From assembly GCA_963674945.2 (NCBI GenBank), contig CAXXWQ010000002.1:512001-576000 (forward strand): 64,000 nt of DNA. Direction: 5' to 3'. The position numbers were made by a program, and so were the translations under genes. This document shows positions 1-9,143 of this stretch, piece after piece (positions within the stretch are counted from its first letter, which is position 1; each line of letters opens with the position of its first letter). This stretch comes from an uncultured Desulfosarcina sp. Its GTDB lineage: Bacteria > Desulfobacterota > Desulfobacteria > Desulfobacterales > Desulfosarcinaceae. The notes beneath the pieces were generated by a model, which was given only the letters and a program-made list of their open reading frames with translations, was not told where the DNA came from and ran no database searches.

Positions 1-2
1 AT

Positions 3-1076
3 GTGGAGAAGGAGGGACATACCATCTCCGCCCAGGAGATCGGCAAGGAACTGGCCAGAATCGTCGACGATGCCACCGGCCGCGTGATCGTCGCCCTTTT
101 CGCCTCCAACATCACGCGCATTCAGCAGATCGTCAATATCGCCAAGGCACGAAATCGAAAGATCGTCTTCAATGGGCGAAGCATCGAGGTGAGCGTGGCC
201 ATCGCCCGAAAACTGGGATACCTCACCATTCCCGAATCCATGGAGATCGATATCGAAGAGGTCAACACCTATCCGGACGACGAGATCGTCATGATCACCA
301 CGGGGAGCCAGGGCGAACCCATGTCCGCCCTGGCGCGCATGTCCGCCGGTACACACAAGCAGATCAAGATTCATCACGACGACAAGGTGATTCTCTCTTC
401 GAAATTCATTCCGGGAAACGAGAAGGCCATCGCCAACATCATCAATAACCTCTACCGCAGGGGTGCCGACGTGGTCTATGAAAAGATATCCAACATCCAC
501 GTATCCGGTCATGCCTTCCGGGAAGAGCTGAAGATGATGATCAACCTGACCAAACCCAAGTTTTTCATGCCCGTTCACGGCGAATACCGGCACCTGGTGT
601 TGCATACCCGGTTGGCCCAGGAGACGGGAATTTCCCACGATCGACTGATTCTGGCCCAAAACGGCCAGATGATCGAGTTGAACCAGGGACGTTTCGAGAT
701 CCGTAAAGGAATTGCTGCCGGTCGTGTCCTCATCGACGGCAAGGGAATCGGCGATGTGGGCCGAAGCGTCCTCAAAGAGCGTCGCATTCTCTCCGAGGAG
801 GGACTGGTGGTGGTGAACATGGCCTTCGACGAAGAGACCGGCATCGTGGTGTACGGCCCGGACATCGTATCCCGTGGGTTTGTCTTCGAAACGGAGACCG
901 GTCACCTGTTACAGGATGCCCAGTGCGTCATTCTTGAAATCGTCGAGGATATTACACCGGACGTGCCCAACCGGGTGGATCTTATTCGAAGGCGCCTCCA
1001 GACGGCCCTTAGACAGTATTTTTTCTTTGCCATCGGTCGCAGGCCGGTTATACTCCCCTTTTTGGTGGAGGTCTGA
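3..1076 (+). CDS. rnj: Ribonuclease J (5' part outside window)
   Basis: Motifs FASNITRIQQ, TTGSQGEPMSAL, IPGNE, HVSGH, PVHGEYRH; C-terminal RRPVILP. ORF open at window edge. Confidence 0.95.
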   Translation: MEKEGHTISAQEIGKELARIVDDATGRVIVALFASNITRIQQIVNIAKARNRKIVFNGRSIEVSVAIARKLGYLTIPESMEIDIEEVNTYPDDEIVMITTGSQGEPMSALARMSAGTHKQIKIHHDDKVILSSKFIPGNEKAIANIINNLYRRGADVVYEKISNIHVSGHAFREELKMMINLTKPKFFMPVHGEYRHLVLHTRLAQETGISHDRLILAQNGQMIELNQGRFEIRKGIAAGRVLIDGKGIGDVGRSVLKERRILSEEGLVVVNMAFDEETGIVVYGPDIVSRGFVFETETGHLLQDAQCVILEIVEDITPDVPNRVDLIRRRLQTALRQYFFFAIGRRPVILPFLVEV

Positions 1077-1078
1077 CG

Positions 1079-1221
1079 AGTGCTCATCCAGAAATGGCCA
1101 ATTTGCCCGATATCTTCGTTGCGCGAAAAATTTTATCCTAGGAATATTACACATATGCCTGTGGTAAAATTTTTCGTGCGCCTTGATCTCGACCAAATTT
1201 TCCTATTTCTGGACGAACACT
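1079..1221 (+). repeat. Palindromic MITE-like element, family A copy 1
   Basis: TIRs AGTGCTCATCCAGAAAT / ATTTCTGGACGAACACT; near-identical to 48714-48856; starts 2 nt after the rnj stop. Confidence 0.9.
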
Positions 1222-1240
1222 AACGAGTTTTCGTGGACCT

Positions 1241-3412
1241 ATGAAAAAAGAAATCATCGGCATCCTTTTTTTCTTCATGGTCGTCTTCAGCCTGATCAGT
1301 TTGCTCTCCTTTGATCCGGAAGATCCCTGTCTTTTTTTCAATGCCGGATCGGGGGCCACGGTTCACAATCTCTTCGGTGTCTTCGGTGCCAATTTTGCCG
1401 GTATTCTCGTGGGATTGTTCGGTATCGGCGCATTCTGGATCCCGTTCCTCAGCCTGTTGGGCAGCATTCTCTTTTTCGGCAAGTCGCCGGGTCCTGCACT
1501 TCTCCCATTGACCGCCGGCGGTTTCCTGTTGATCGTCACCACCGGCAGCCTGCTGGCTTTGCGGCAGGACCACTATGCAATTTTCGGAAGCGCCTTCAGC
1601 GCCGGCGGAATCGTCGGTTCCTCTTTGGGCGCCTTTATCGTTCACTACACCAATCCCGCCGGCGGGTCCATCATTCTGCTGCTCTCCTGGCTTATCGGAT
1701 TTATCCTGGCCACCGGCTTTTCCGTGGTGGCGTTTTACCGTCGCATCAAGGTAGCCAATGCGGCGCTGTTCGAACGAATCGCCACAATCGTGATCAAATG
1801 GAAAGAGCGTCGCCAAAAGAGCCGCAAGCGTAAAAAAATCCTTCAGTCCGAGAAAAAGCGAAAGAAGGAGAAGGTGGAGATCAAGACACCCGAGGCCAAA
1901 CCGGTTCCCAATAAACCGGTTCCCAAGCAAGCCGTTTTCGATTTCATGAAGGATGATTCGGCCTTTTCTTTACCATCGGTCAACTTCCTGGATGATCCCA
2001 AGGCCCGCCCCCAATCCACCAGCAATGAAAACCTTCGCATGCAGTCCCGTCTCCTGGAAAAGAAGCTGGAGGATTTCGGCGTACACGGAAAGGTGGTGGC
2101 CGTAACACCGGGACCGGTGATCACCACCTTCGAGTATGAACCTGCCCCGGGTGTCAAGATCAACCGCGTGGTCAATCTGACCGACGACCTGGCCCTGGCA
2201 CTTCGCGCCATCAGCATCCGGATTGTAGCGCCCATACCGGGCAAGGCGGTCATCGGCGTGGAGATTCCCAATACCGACCGGGAAACGGTACGTTTCAAGG
2301 AGATGATCCTCTCCGATTCCTTCGAAAAAGCGGACAGTACACTGACGTTGTGTCTGGGAAAGGACATCGTGGGCAATCCGGTTTCGGCGGGGTTGGAAAA
2401 AATGCCTCACCTGCTCATCGCCGGCGCTACGGGAGCGGGAAAAAGCGTGGCCCTGAACACCATGATCTGCAGCCTCCTCTACAAGCTTACCCCGGAACAG
2501 GTGAAACTCATCATGGTGGACCCCAAACGCATCGAGCTTTCCATGTATGACGGCATCCCCCACCTGATCACGCCGGTGGTCACCGACGCGAAAAAGGCCA
2601 CCAACGCCCTGTTTTGGGCCGTCAAGGAGATGGAACACCGATACGAGCTGCTCTCTGCGATGAAGACGCGCAACGTCGGCCAGTACAATCGAAAGATGAA
2701 AAAATCACCGCCCCCGGCGCCGGCCGAAGGTGAGGCGGCACCCATCGAAATGCCGACCCATTTGCCGTATATCGTCATCATCATCGACGAGTTGGCCGAT
2801 CTCATGATGGTCGCATCCCGAGACGTGGAGGTGGCCCTTACCCGGCTGGCCCAGATGGCCCGGGCCGCCGGCATTCACCTGATCCTGGCCACCCAGAGGC
2901 CGTCGGTGGACGTGCTCACCGGTATCATCAAGGCCAACTTTCCCACTCGTTTGACCTTCCAGGTCTCCTCCAAGACCGATTCGCGCACCATCATCGACAC
3001 CAACGGCGCAGAGAGTCTGCTGGGAATGGGGGACATGCTTTTCCTTCCACCGGGAACCGGACGCCTTCAGCGCATCCACGGCGCTTACATCAGCGAGGCG
3101 GAGCTTTCCCGTGTCACGGAGTTTTTGAAAAAACAGCAGCGTCCCGACTATGACAGGAGTATCGTCCAGACCCCAGTAAAAGAGGAGCAGGAGGAAGGGG
3201 AAAAAGAGTACGATTCCCGCTACGACGATGCGGTGGCACTGGTCACCCAGGCAGGCCAGGCCTCCATTTCCATGGTGCAGCGACACCTTCGCATCGGATA
3301 CAACCGGGCCGCGCGGATCATCGAGATGATGGAACAAGAAGGTGTCATCGGTCCCCAGGACGGGGTGAAGCCGAGGGAGGTGTTAGTAAGATCAAACTAC
3401 GACACCCCTTGA
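1241..3412 (+). CDS. ftsK: DNA translocase FtsK (4TM + motor + gamma domain)
   Basis: N-terminal TM helices, PHLLIAGATGAGKS Walker A, IIIDELADLMM, ATQRPSVDV, GYNRAARII gamma domain. Confidence 0.97.
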   Translation: MKKEIIGILFFFMVVFSLISLLSFDPEDPCLFFNAGSGATVHNLFGVFGANFAGILVGLFGIGAFWIPFLSLLGSILFFGKSPGPALLPLTAGGFLLIVTTGSLLALRQDHYAIFGSAFSAGGIVGSSLGAFIVHYTNPAGGSIILLLSWLIGFILATGFSVVAFYRRIKVANAALFERIATIVIKWKERRQKSRKRKKILQSEKKRKKEKVEIKTPEAKPVPNKPVPKQAVFDFMKDDSAFSLPSVNFLDDPKARPQSTSNENLRMQSRLLEKKLEDFGVHGKVVAVTPGPVITTFEYEPAPGVKINRVVNLTDDLALALRAISIRIVAPIPGKAVIGVEIPNTDRETVRFKEMILSDSFEKADSTLTLCLGKDIVGNPVSAGLEKMPHLLIAGATGAGKSVALNTMICSLLYKLTPEQVKLIMVDPKRIELSMYDGIPHLITPVVTDAKKATNALFWAVKEMEHRYELLSAMKTRNVGQYNRKMKKSPPPAPAEGEAAPIEMPTHLPYIVIIIDELADLMMVASRDVEVALTRLAQMARAAGIHLILATQRPSVDVLTGIIKANFPTRLTFQVSSKTDSRTIIDTNGAESLLGMGDMLFLPPGTGRLQRIHGAYISEAELSRVTEFLKKQQRPDYDRSIVQTPVKEEQEEGEKEYDSRYDDAVALVTQAGQASISMVQRHLRIGYNRAARIIEMMEQEGVIGPQDGVKPREVLVRSNYDTP

Positions 3413-3556
3413 CGATAGTCCCCAAAACGGCGCCTTGCGGCCCAGATCTTCGTTCTCAAAATTTTCAAGTCCTCAACGTAGCGCTGCTACGCCTGCGGCT
3501 TAAAAATTTCTGCGGCCTCGATCTGAACCACAATTCACCATTTTGTGAACTATCGT
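3412..3556 (+). repeat. Palindromic MITE-like element (family A core, different TIR)
   Basis: TIRs ACGATAGTCCCCAAAA / TTTTGTGAACTATCGT; core TCCTCAACGTAGC-CTGCTACGCCT-CGG shared with 25073-25217; abuts the ftsK stop. Confidence 0.85.
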
Positions 3557-3671
3557 ATTGTATCGTAAATTTGGCCTGCCATTTCTTAAGGAAAACGGGC
3601 AGAATCACGACGTATTGAAGAATTGTGGTGCGTCAACTATTAATAAAATTCAAAATATTGCATCAGTACAT

Positions 3672-3694
3672 GTAGGAGCGGGCCATGCCCGCGA
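3672..3694 (+). repeat. GTAG-type REP-like palindrome
   Basis: GTAG GA GCGGGC CAT GCCCGC GA: GTAG tetranucleotide followed by a short GC-rich hairpin. Confidence 0.6.
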
Positions 3695-3699
3695 TTTTT

Positions 3700-3808
3700 T
3701 TATAAAAAGCTTTTCCCATTGAATTCGTCTGCAAATAATGGAAGGATGAATTCCTATCGTATTATTGTTTGGCCATATTTGGCCTGGAAAAGCTTTTTAC
3801 GATGGGCG
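3700..3808 (+). repeat. Family B dispersed repeat, copy 1
   Basis: ATTGTTTGGCCATATTTGGCCTGGAAA-GCTTTTTACGA matches the reverse complement of 9620-9738; TAAAAAGC/GCTTTTTA ends. Confidence 0.8.
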
Positions 3809-3835
3809 AAATTTTGTAACCGGAGACCACTATCC

Positions 3836-4462
3836 ATGATTCCTGACCAAGCGTTTGTCGATACAATCAAGGGCTTTCTGGATCCCGAAGAGGGAAGAGG
3901 GCTTTACGATTTTGCATTGAAGGCGTCGACAATGGGCCCATGCCTGGAGATTGGCAGCTACTGCGGTAAGTCGGCCGTTTACCTGGGGTGTGCCTGCAGG
4001 GAAAACAACGCCACTTTGTTTTCCATCGACCACCATCGCGGCTCCGAGGAGCAGCAGCCCGGAGAAGAGTACTTCGATGCCTCTCTTCTGGATTTCTCGA
4101 CCCTTTCCCCGAACACCCTCCCGCTCTTTCGACAGACGCTGGAACGTGCCGGGCTGGAGGAGACGGTGATTCCTGTGGTCAGTCGTTCGGACGTCGTGGC
4201 CAGAAACTGGGCCTCACCGCTGTCACTGGTCTTCATCGACGGCGGCCATGCATTCGATACCGCTCTTTCGGATTATGAGTGCTGGTCCGATCATATCCTT
4301 CCCGGCGGCTTTCTATTGATACACGATCTTTTTGAAAATCCCGAGGATGGCGGCCAGGCGCCCTTTGAGGTTCACCAGATCGCCCTTGCCTCCGGACGTT
4401 TTGAGGTCGTCTCCCGTATCAAATCCCTTGGAGCCTTGCGGCGGAAGCAGGATCCGGTGTAA
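3836..4462 (+). CDS. Class I SAM-dependent methyltransferase (Methyltransf_24-like)
   Basis: LEIGSYCGKS, SIDHHRGS, VFIDGGH, LLIHD motifs. ATG 3836 follows GGAG; the longer upstream ORF is repeat-derived. Confidence 0.88.
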   Translation: MIPDQAFVDTIKGFLDPEEGRGLYDFALKASTMGPCLEIGSYCGKSAVYLGCACRENNATLFSIDHHRGSEEQQPGEEYFDASLLDFSTLSPNTLPLFRQTLERAGLEETVIPVVSRSDVVARNWASPLSLVFIDGGHAFDTALSDYECWSDHILPGGFLLIHDLFENPEDGGQAPFEVHQIALASGRFEVVSRIKSLGALRRKQDPV

Positions 4463-4492
4463 AGCGGCGAAGATGCGGTGTTGGAAAGTGAG

Positions 4493-4570
4493 AGACGAAG
4501 GACGATTGGAAGAGGGATGAAAAAGCAATGCCTGTATCGTCCCTCGTCCCTCGTCCCGCATCCTTCGTCC
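4493..4570. repeat. Inverted short tandem (heptamer-like) repeat hairpin
   Basis: GACGAAG/GACGATT units facing TCGTCCC TCGTCCC TCGTCCC; similar structure at 38683-38743. Confidence 0.65.
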
Positions 4571-4741
4571 TTCTTGTTCTCAATTAAATTGGTCACGAAC
4601 TTAAAAATAAGCGATGTCCAAATGCATTCTCCCATGGCGGCAATGGGACTATGTGTTGTAGCAAGATGAAAAATCCGATATAGTTGATTTTAAATTGCCG
4701 ATTTTGGTTCCGACAAACTGTTTCAAGACTGGACATTTAAC

Positions 4742-4935
4742 GGCGTTCGTCCAGAAATAGGAAAATTTGGTCGAGATTGAGGCGCCCGACCAATTTTATC
4801 TCGGGTTTTGCCGGAAGTGCCCGAAGGAAATCCCCTCGGGGTGCATATGGTTGATATTCCGAGGATACAATTTTTCGCGCAACGTGGATATCGGCCAAAG
4901 CTAAGATTGGCTTGGCCATTTCTGGATGGTGCACT
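4742..4935 (-). repeat. Family A element, inverted, with extra internal sequence
   Basis: GTTCGTCCAGAAATAGGAAAATTTGGTCGAGAT...GGCCATTTCTGGATGGTGCACT is the reverse complement of copy 1, about 50 nt longer. Confidence 0.85.
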
Positions 4936-4950
4936 AAGGATCGATTGGCC

Positions 4951-5409
4951 ATGGCCCAGTGGAACATGCCCGTACAACCCGATGAATTGCTCTACGCGCT
5001 GAAAGTGGGGAATGCGGCGGCATTGAATCAGATGCCCCTGTCCCACTTGCCGGGCCAGGGACTGGAATTGGTGGATGAGGATACCGGTCAGGTCCAGACG
5101 GTCCGCTTTGCCGACAACGCCGTCAACCGGTTCGGCGCGGCGATCGCCCGGGAGTTCGACAATATGGGATCCAAGTTTTTTTCGTTGATGACCCGTATCG
5201 GTGCGCTGATGCGACTTCTCGAGGATGAACGGGCCAAGCCCTACGTCCAGTCGGAGGGAGAATACACCAGGATTCGAAACGCAATGATCGAGGCCATGGC
5301 ATCCTTTCCCATCTCATCGGATGGGTTCATGGATGTGGATCGATTCTTCACGCTTCTTGCGCATTCCAAAGACGACCTCATCTCGCCAACCGCCAATTTT
5401 CAACACTGA
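4951..5409 (+). CDS. Hypothetical protein (152 aa)
   Basis: ATG 4951 with TAAGGA upstream; natural-looking composition; no family recognised. Confidence 0.65.
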   Translation: MAQWNMPVQPDELLYALKVGNAAALNQMPLSHLPGQGLELVDEDTGQVQTVRFADNAVNRFGAAIAREFDNMGSKFFSLMTRIGALMRLLEDERAKPYVQSEGEYTRIRNAMIEAMASFPISSDGFMDVDRFFTLLAHSKDDLISPTANFQH

Positions 5410-6092
5410 TCGCCTGCCGCCTGCTTTCGAACCTGATCCGAGGCGGTGGCGTCGGACCGGATCACGATTGCCCCCGTGGGACAAGCCGTAAGGCAGGCCT
5501 TGCATGAAAGGCATCTTTCGGTTGCGTCCGGATCCGTTTCGAAAATTTCCATACGGGTATCGAATCCACGGCCGGTGAAACCAAAGGGCGTTTGTCCATG
5601 ACGTGCCCGGCAGACCCGTATGCAGATACCGCATAGTACGCACCGGTTCGGAAAGTGGTCGAATACCGGATGCCGGCTGTCCACTTCCGGCTCTTTCAGC
5701 ACCTGTTGAAACGGTTTGCAGGAAAGCCCCGCGCCGAGAAATCTGGCGATCGTCTGCAGGCCGCAAGCCCTGTTGGCCGGGCATTGTTTGCATTCCACCC
5801 GGTGGACGGAGAGCAACAGTTTGAGGCCTGTCTTTTGAAGATCGCGAACCCGCTTCGTGTCGGTGGTAATCCGCAACCCGTTTTCCACGGTTACCGTACA
5901 CGCCGTGACGGGATCCTTATAGCCGTCGATTTCCACGAAGCAGAGACGGCAGGCGGCGGGTGCCTCATCCGGTGGCTCCGTTTCCAGCCAGCACAAATGC
6001 GGAATATAGATTCCTGCGGACAGGCAGGCCGTGAGCACGCTGACGCCCGGGGAGGCATGGATCGCTTCATTGTCTACGGTGAGTTGGATCAT
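5400..6092 (-). CDS. NuoG/HoxU-like Fe-S protein ([2Fe-2S], His-ligated [4Fe-4S], 2x[4Fe-4S])
   Basis: IPHLC...ACRLC...TAC; HRVECKQC...C; CVLCGICIRVC; CLSCKACLTACP. No catalytic domain. Confidence 0.9.
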   Translation of the reverse strand: MIQLTVDNEAIHASPGVSVLTACLSAGIYIPHLCWLETEPPDEAPAACRLCFVEIDGYKDPVTACTVTVENGLRITTDTKRVRDLQKTGLKLLLSVHRVECKQCPANRACGLQTIARFLGAGLSCKPFQQVLKEPEVDSRHPVFDHFPNRCVLCGICIRVCRARHGQTPFGFTGRGFDTRMEIFETDPDATERCLSCKACLTACPTGAIVIRSDATASDQVRKQAAGDQC

Positions 6093-8028
6093 GGTTTTTT
6101 CCCACGGGCCGCTCGACGATGGGTGCCAGATGGGGTGGTGACACCTTGACTACGGCGTCATACTCCGGCGGGCAGGCCACCATGCATTCGCCGCACTTGA
6201 CGCAAAGCTGTTGGTCGATGCCCTTCTTTCGGGTGCTGGTGGTAAACACCGCCTCCACCGGGCAACATCCGACGCAGGCATCGCATCCCCGGGCGCATTT
6301 TTCGAGGTCGATGTAAAATGCGGTCAGGGCCCGACAACTGCGGCCCGGACACCTTCCCTCCTGGATGTGGGCTTCATATTCGTCCGCAAAATAGGCCAGG
6401 GAGGTGAGGATGGGGTTGGTCGCCGTCTTTCCCAATCCGCACAAGGAGCCCTCTTTCACGAATTTGCTCAAGGTTTTAAGCTGCGCCACATCCCCATCCC
6501 GGCCTTCTCCACGGGTCAGCCGCTGCAAAATGTCCAAAAGGTGTCGGGTGCCGATGCGGCAGAAGGTGCATTTGCCGCAGGATTCCTTTTGGGTGAAATC
6601 CAGAAAATAGCGGGAGACATCCACCATGCAGGCGTCTTCGTCCATCACTACCATGCCGCCGGATCCCATCATGGCACCGGCTTTGATCAGGGCGTCGAAG
6701 TCCACTTTCGTGTCCAGAAAATCGGCGGACAGGCAACCTCCCGACGGCCCGCCGATTTGAACTGCTTTGAATCGCTTCTTGTTGGGGATTCCCCCGCAGA
6801 TATCGAATATCAGTTCGCGCAGCGTCACCCCCATGGGAATTTCCACCAACCCCGGGTGGATCACGGCTCCCACCACGGAGAAGACCGCAGTACCAGGGCT
6901 GTCCGGCGTTCCGATGGTTCGAAACCAGTCGGCACCCTTATCCACGATGGGCCCGATGAAGGCCAGGGTCTTGACGTTATTGATGAGCGTGGGATTGCCG
7001 TTGAGTCCACGCTCAACGGGATAGGGGGGGCGGTGCCGGGGCATGCCCCGGTAACCCTCCACCGATCGGATGAGGGCGGTCTCCTCTCCGCAGACAAAAG
7101 CGCCGGATCCCTGGAACAGATCGATGTCGAAGTCGAAGCCGCTTTGTAAGATATCCTTTCCGAGAAGTCCTTTCTCATGGGCCTGGGCGATGGCGGTGGT
7201 AAGGATCCGGACGGCCAAAGGATACTCCGCCCGTACATAGATCAAGCCGCCCTTGGCGCCTGTGGCAACGCCGGCGATGATCATGCCTTCGATCACCTGG
7301 TGGGGGTTGCTCTCCAGCAATGTGCGGTCCATGTAGGCGCCGGGATCGCCTTCATCGGCGTTGCAGACAATTCGTTTGTCTTCGCCCGATGCATTCTGAA
7401 GCCCCCGCCACTTTCTGGCCGTGGGAAAACCGGCCCCGCCGCGCCCCCGAAGACCGGCGGTCTCGATTTGTTCGATGATTTCATCCGGTGTTCGGCAAAG
7501 GGCTTTTGCCAGTGCGCCATACCCGCCGTCGGCGATGTATTCATCGATCTTTTCCGGGTCGATTCGGCCGCATCGATCCATGATGATCCGTTTCTCCCGG
7601 TTAAATCGGTCAAACTCCATCACCGATGGAATCATTTCGTTTTCCACGGTCGCTCCCAGGACATGTTCGAACCGGGGATCGCCGTCTCCCAGAAACAATT
7701 TAACCAGCATCTTGGCTTTGCCCGGTGTCACTTCCGGGTAGAAAATCGGCGGAAAGCCCGAACTCGGATTGTCGATGATGACCACCGGCTCGGCGTAACA
7801 ATGGCCCACGCAGCCCACCGTGTGAACATGGGCGTCGATGTTTTGTTCGGCGAGGGCGGCCTCGAAAGCGGCTTTGGTCTCTATGGCGCCGGATGCGATG
7901 CCGCAGGTGGCCATGCCGATGTGAATCTTGGGCTTTTCACTTTGGTCGAAACGTTCCCTTTCGGCCCGTGCCGTCTGGGCGATCGTGTTATAAGCGGCCT
8001 CGATGCCGTTTTTTGTATCCTCGGTCAT
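6067..8028 (-). CDS. nuoF: NuoF/HoxF/HydB-like FMN- and NADH-binding subunit with N-terminal [2Fe-2S] and C-terminal 2x[4Fe-4S] domains
   Basis: GLRGRGGAGFPT, CNADEGDPGAYMDR, GAFVCGEETAL, ESCGKCTFCRIG, SLCGLG. ATG 8028 overlaps the upstream stop (ATGA). Confidence 0.93.
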   Translation of the reverse strand: MTEDTKNGIEAAYNTIAQTARAERERFDQSEKPKIHIGMATCGIASGAIETKAAFEAALAEQNIDAHVHTVGCVGHCYAEPVVIIDNPSSGFPPIFYPEVTPGKAKMLVKLFLGDGDPRFEHVLGATVENEMIPSVMEFDRFNREKRIIMDRCGRIDPEKIDEYIADGGYGALAKALCRTPDEIIEQIETAGLRGRGGAGFPTARKWRGLQNASGEDKRIVCNADEGDPGAYMDRTLLESNPHQVIEGMIIAGVATGAKGGLIYVRAEYPLAVRILTTAIAQAHEKGLLGKDILQSGFDFDIDLFQGSGAFVCGEETALIRSVEGYRGMPRHRPPYPVERGLNGNPTLINNVKTLAFIGPIVDKGADWFRTIGTPDSPGTAVFSVVGAVIHPGLVEIPMGVTLRELIFDICGGIPNKKRFKAVQIGGPSGGCLSADFLDTKVDFDALIKAGAMMGSGGMVVMDEDACMVDVSRYFLDFTQKESCGKCTFCRIGTRHLLDILQRLTRGEGRDGDVAQLKTLSKFVKEGSLCGLGKTATNPILTSLAYFADEYEAHIQEGRCPGRSCRALTAFYIDLEKCARGCDACVGCCPVEAVFTTSTRKKGIDQQLCVKCGECMVACPPEYDAVVKVSPPHLAPIVERPVGKNHDPTHRRQ

Positions 8029-8546
8029 GAATCGGCTTTCTTTCTTTCCGCCATCTCTTTTTCCAGTCGTACCCGCAGCACCAACCCCTCCACTTTGCTC
8101 GGGGCCATGTGGCCATGGAGGGTGTCGCCCACCAGGGCGACGGGTGCAAGGGCACAACATCCAACGCAGGCGACCCGTTCGATGGAAAATTCCCTGTCTT
8201 TTGTGGTTTCCCCTTCGTGGATTTCGAGTTTCCGCTCGAAGTTTTCCAGGATAATCTCACCGCCGCGCACGTGGCATGCCGTTCCCAGGCAAACCTTCAC
8301 CGGGTTTTTTCCCGGTGGGTTGAATCGAAACTGATTGTAAAAGGAGGCCACGCCGAACACATCGCCGGGTGTTATCGAAAGGTGGTCGGCCACCAGATCC
8401 AGGGCTTCGGGGGGGAGATAGCCCAATGCCTCCTGGGCCATTTGAAGCAGCGGGATGAGTTGTCCACGGTCCTTGGACGCTTTTTCGATCCGCGTTTTCA
8501 AAAGATCCAGCTTTGCCTTCTCCTCAACGGTCAGCGAATGTGCCAT
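8025..8546 (-). CDS. nuoE: NuoE/HoxE/HydC-like [2Fe-2S] subunit
   Basis: LIPLLQMAQEALGYL, VASFYNQF, VCLGTACHVRGG, ACVGCCALAP. Confidence 0.93.
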   Translation of the reverse strand: MAHSLTVEEKAKLDLLKTRIEKASKDRGQLIPLLQMAQEALGYLPPEALDLVADHLSITPGDVFGVASFYNQFRFNPPGKNPVKVCLGTACHVRGGEIILENFERKLEIHEGETTKDREFSIERVACVGCCALAPVALVGDTLHGHMAPSKVEGLVLRVRLEKEMAERKKADS

Positions 8547-8607
8547 ACTTCATTCCAAGATGAGCCGTTAGCTTTTCATTGCGGTTCATTACACCCGTCA
8601 TCAATCG

Positions 8608-9075
8608 TCAGATTTTATCCATCGCCCCGTATGCCGCCTCAATCCGATCCCGTAGCAGGAAGCAGAGGCGTTTGAGCATGAAAAAGCCAAAGGAGGTGTC
8701 CGACTCCATACATTCTCTCACTTGCCGTCCGTTCAGGCGCACGAGGGTGGAATCTTTCTGGCAACTGGCAGAGGACATGAGCCGATGGGGCTCTCCCAGA
8801 AGTGTGGACCAGCATCCCAGCGTACGGCCTTTTCCCAGGGCATCGATGACAACGGATCCCTTGTGGCTGCCGATGTCCATGGTACGTTCCAAAAAGATAT
8901 AGCCATCGACGATGATGAACAGGTCGTCTCCCATGTCCCCCTGTCGGAAAATGTACGTGCCTGCTTCATAGCGATCGATGGTGCAGAAACCGACGATGGT
9001 GTCAAGGTGTGCCTCGGAGATGTCTTTCAGGAACTCACACGATTGCAAGGTTTTTTGTATATCTGGGTCTGCCAT
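8608..9075 (-). CDS. Stand-alone cyclic nucleotide-binding domain protein
   Basis: IFRQGDMGDDLFIIVDG...LGKGRTLG; no HTH. Start placed at ATG 9075 after GGAG. Confidence 0.85.
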   Translation of the reverse strand: MADPDIQKTLQSCEFLKDISEAHLDTIVGFCTIDRYEAGTYIFRQGDMGDDLFIIVDGYIFLERTMDIGSHKGSVVIDALGKGRTLGCWSTLLGEPHRLMSSASCQKDSTLVRLNGRQVRECMESDTSFGFFMLKRLCFLLRDRIEAAYGAMDKI

Positions 9076-9143
9076 GACGTTCTCCGTTGGGTATAAGATC
9101 GTATATGTCAAACCACGACGAAATCCAAATCTCTGCGCGTTCA

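Noticed and set aside
909..1196. Near-identical short ORFs MVEIKAHEKFYHR... here and at 48592-48831
   Set aside because: Translations of family A repeat copies, not a gene family.
1079..1221. Family A elements as integron attC sites
   Set aside because: No RYYYAAC/GTTRRRY core ends, flanking genes are housekeeping, and no integrase is present.
3719..3835. Shared peptide IVWPYLAWK at the N-termini of ORFs 3719-4462 and 9144-9674
   Set aside because: Comes from the family B repeat; the real starts are downstream with better RBSs.
5400..8546. Selenocysteine read-through in the redox genes
   Set aside because: All ORFs are complete with Cys ligands; no in-frame TGA is needed.
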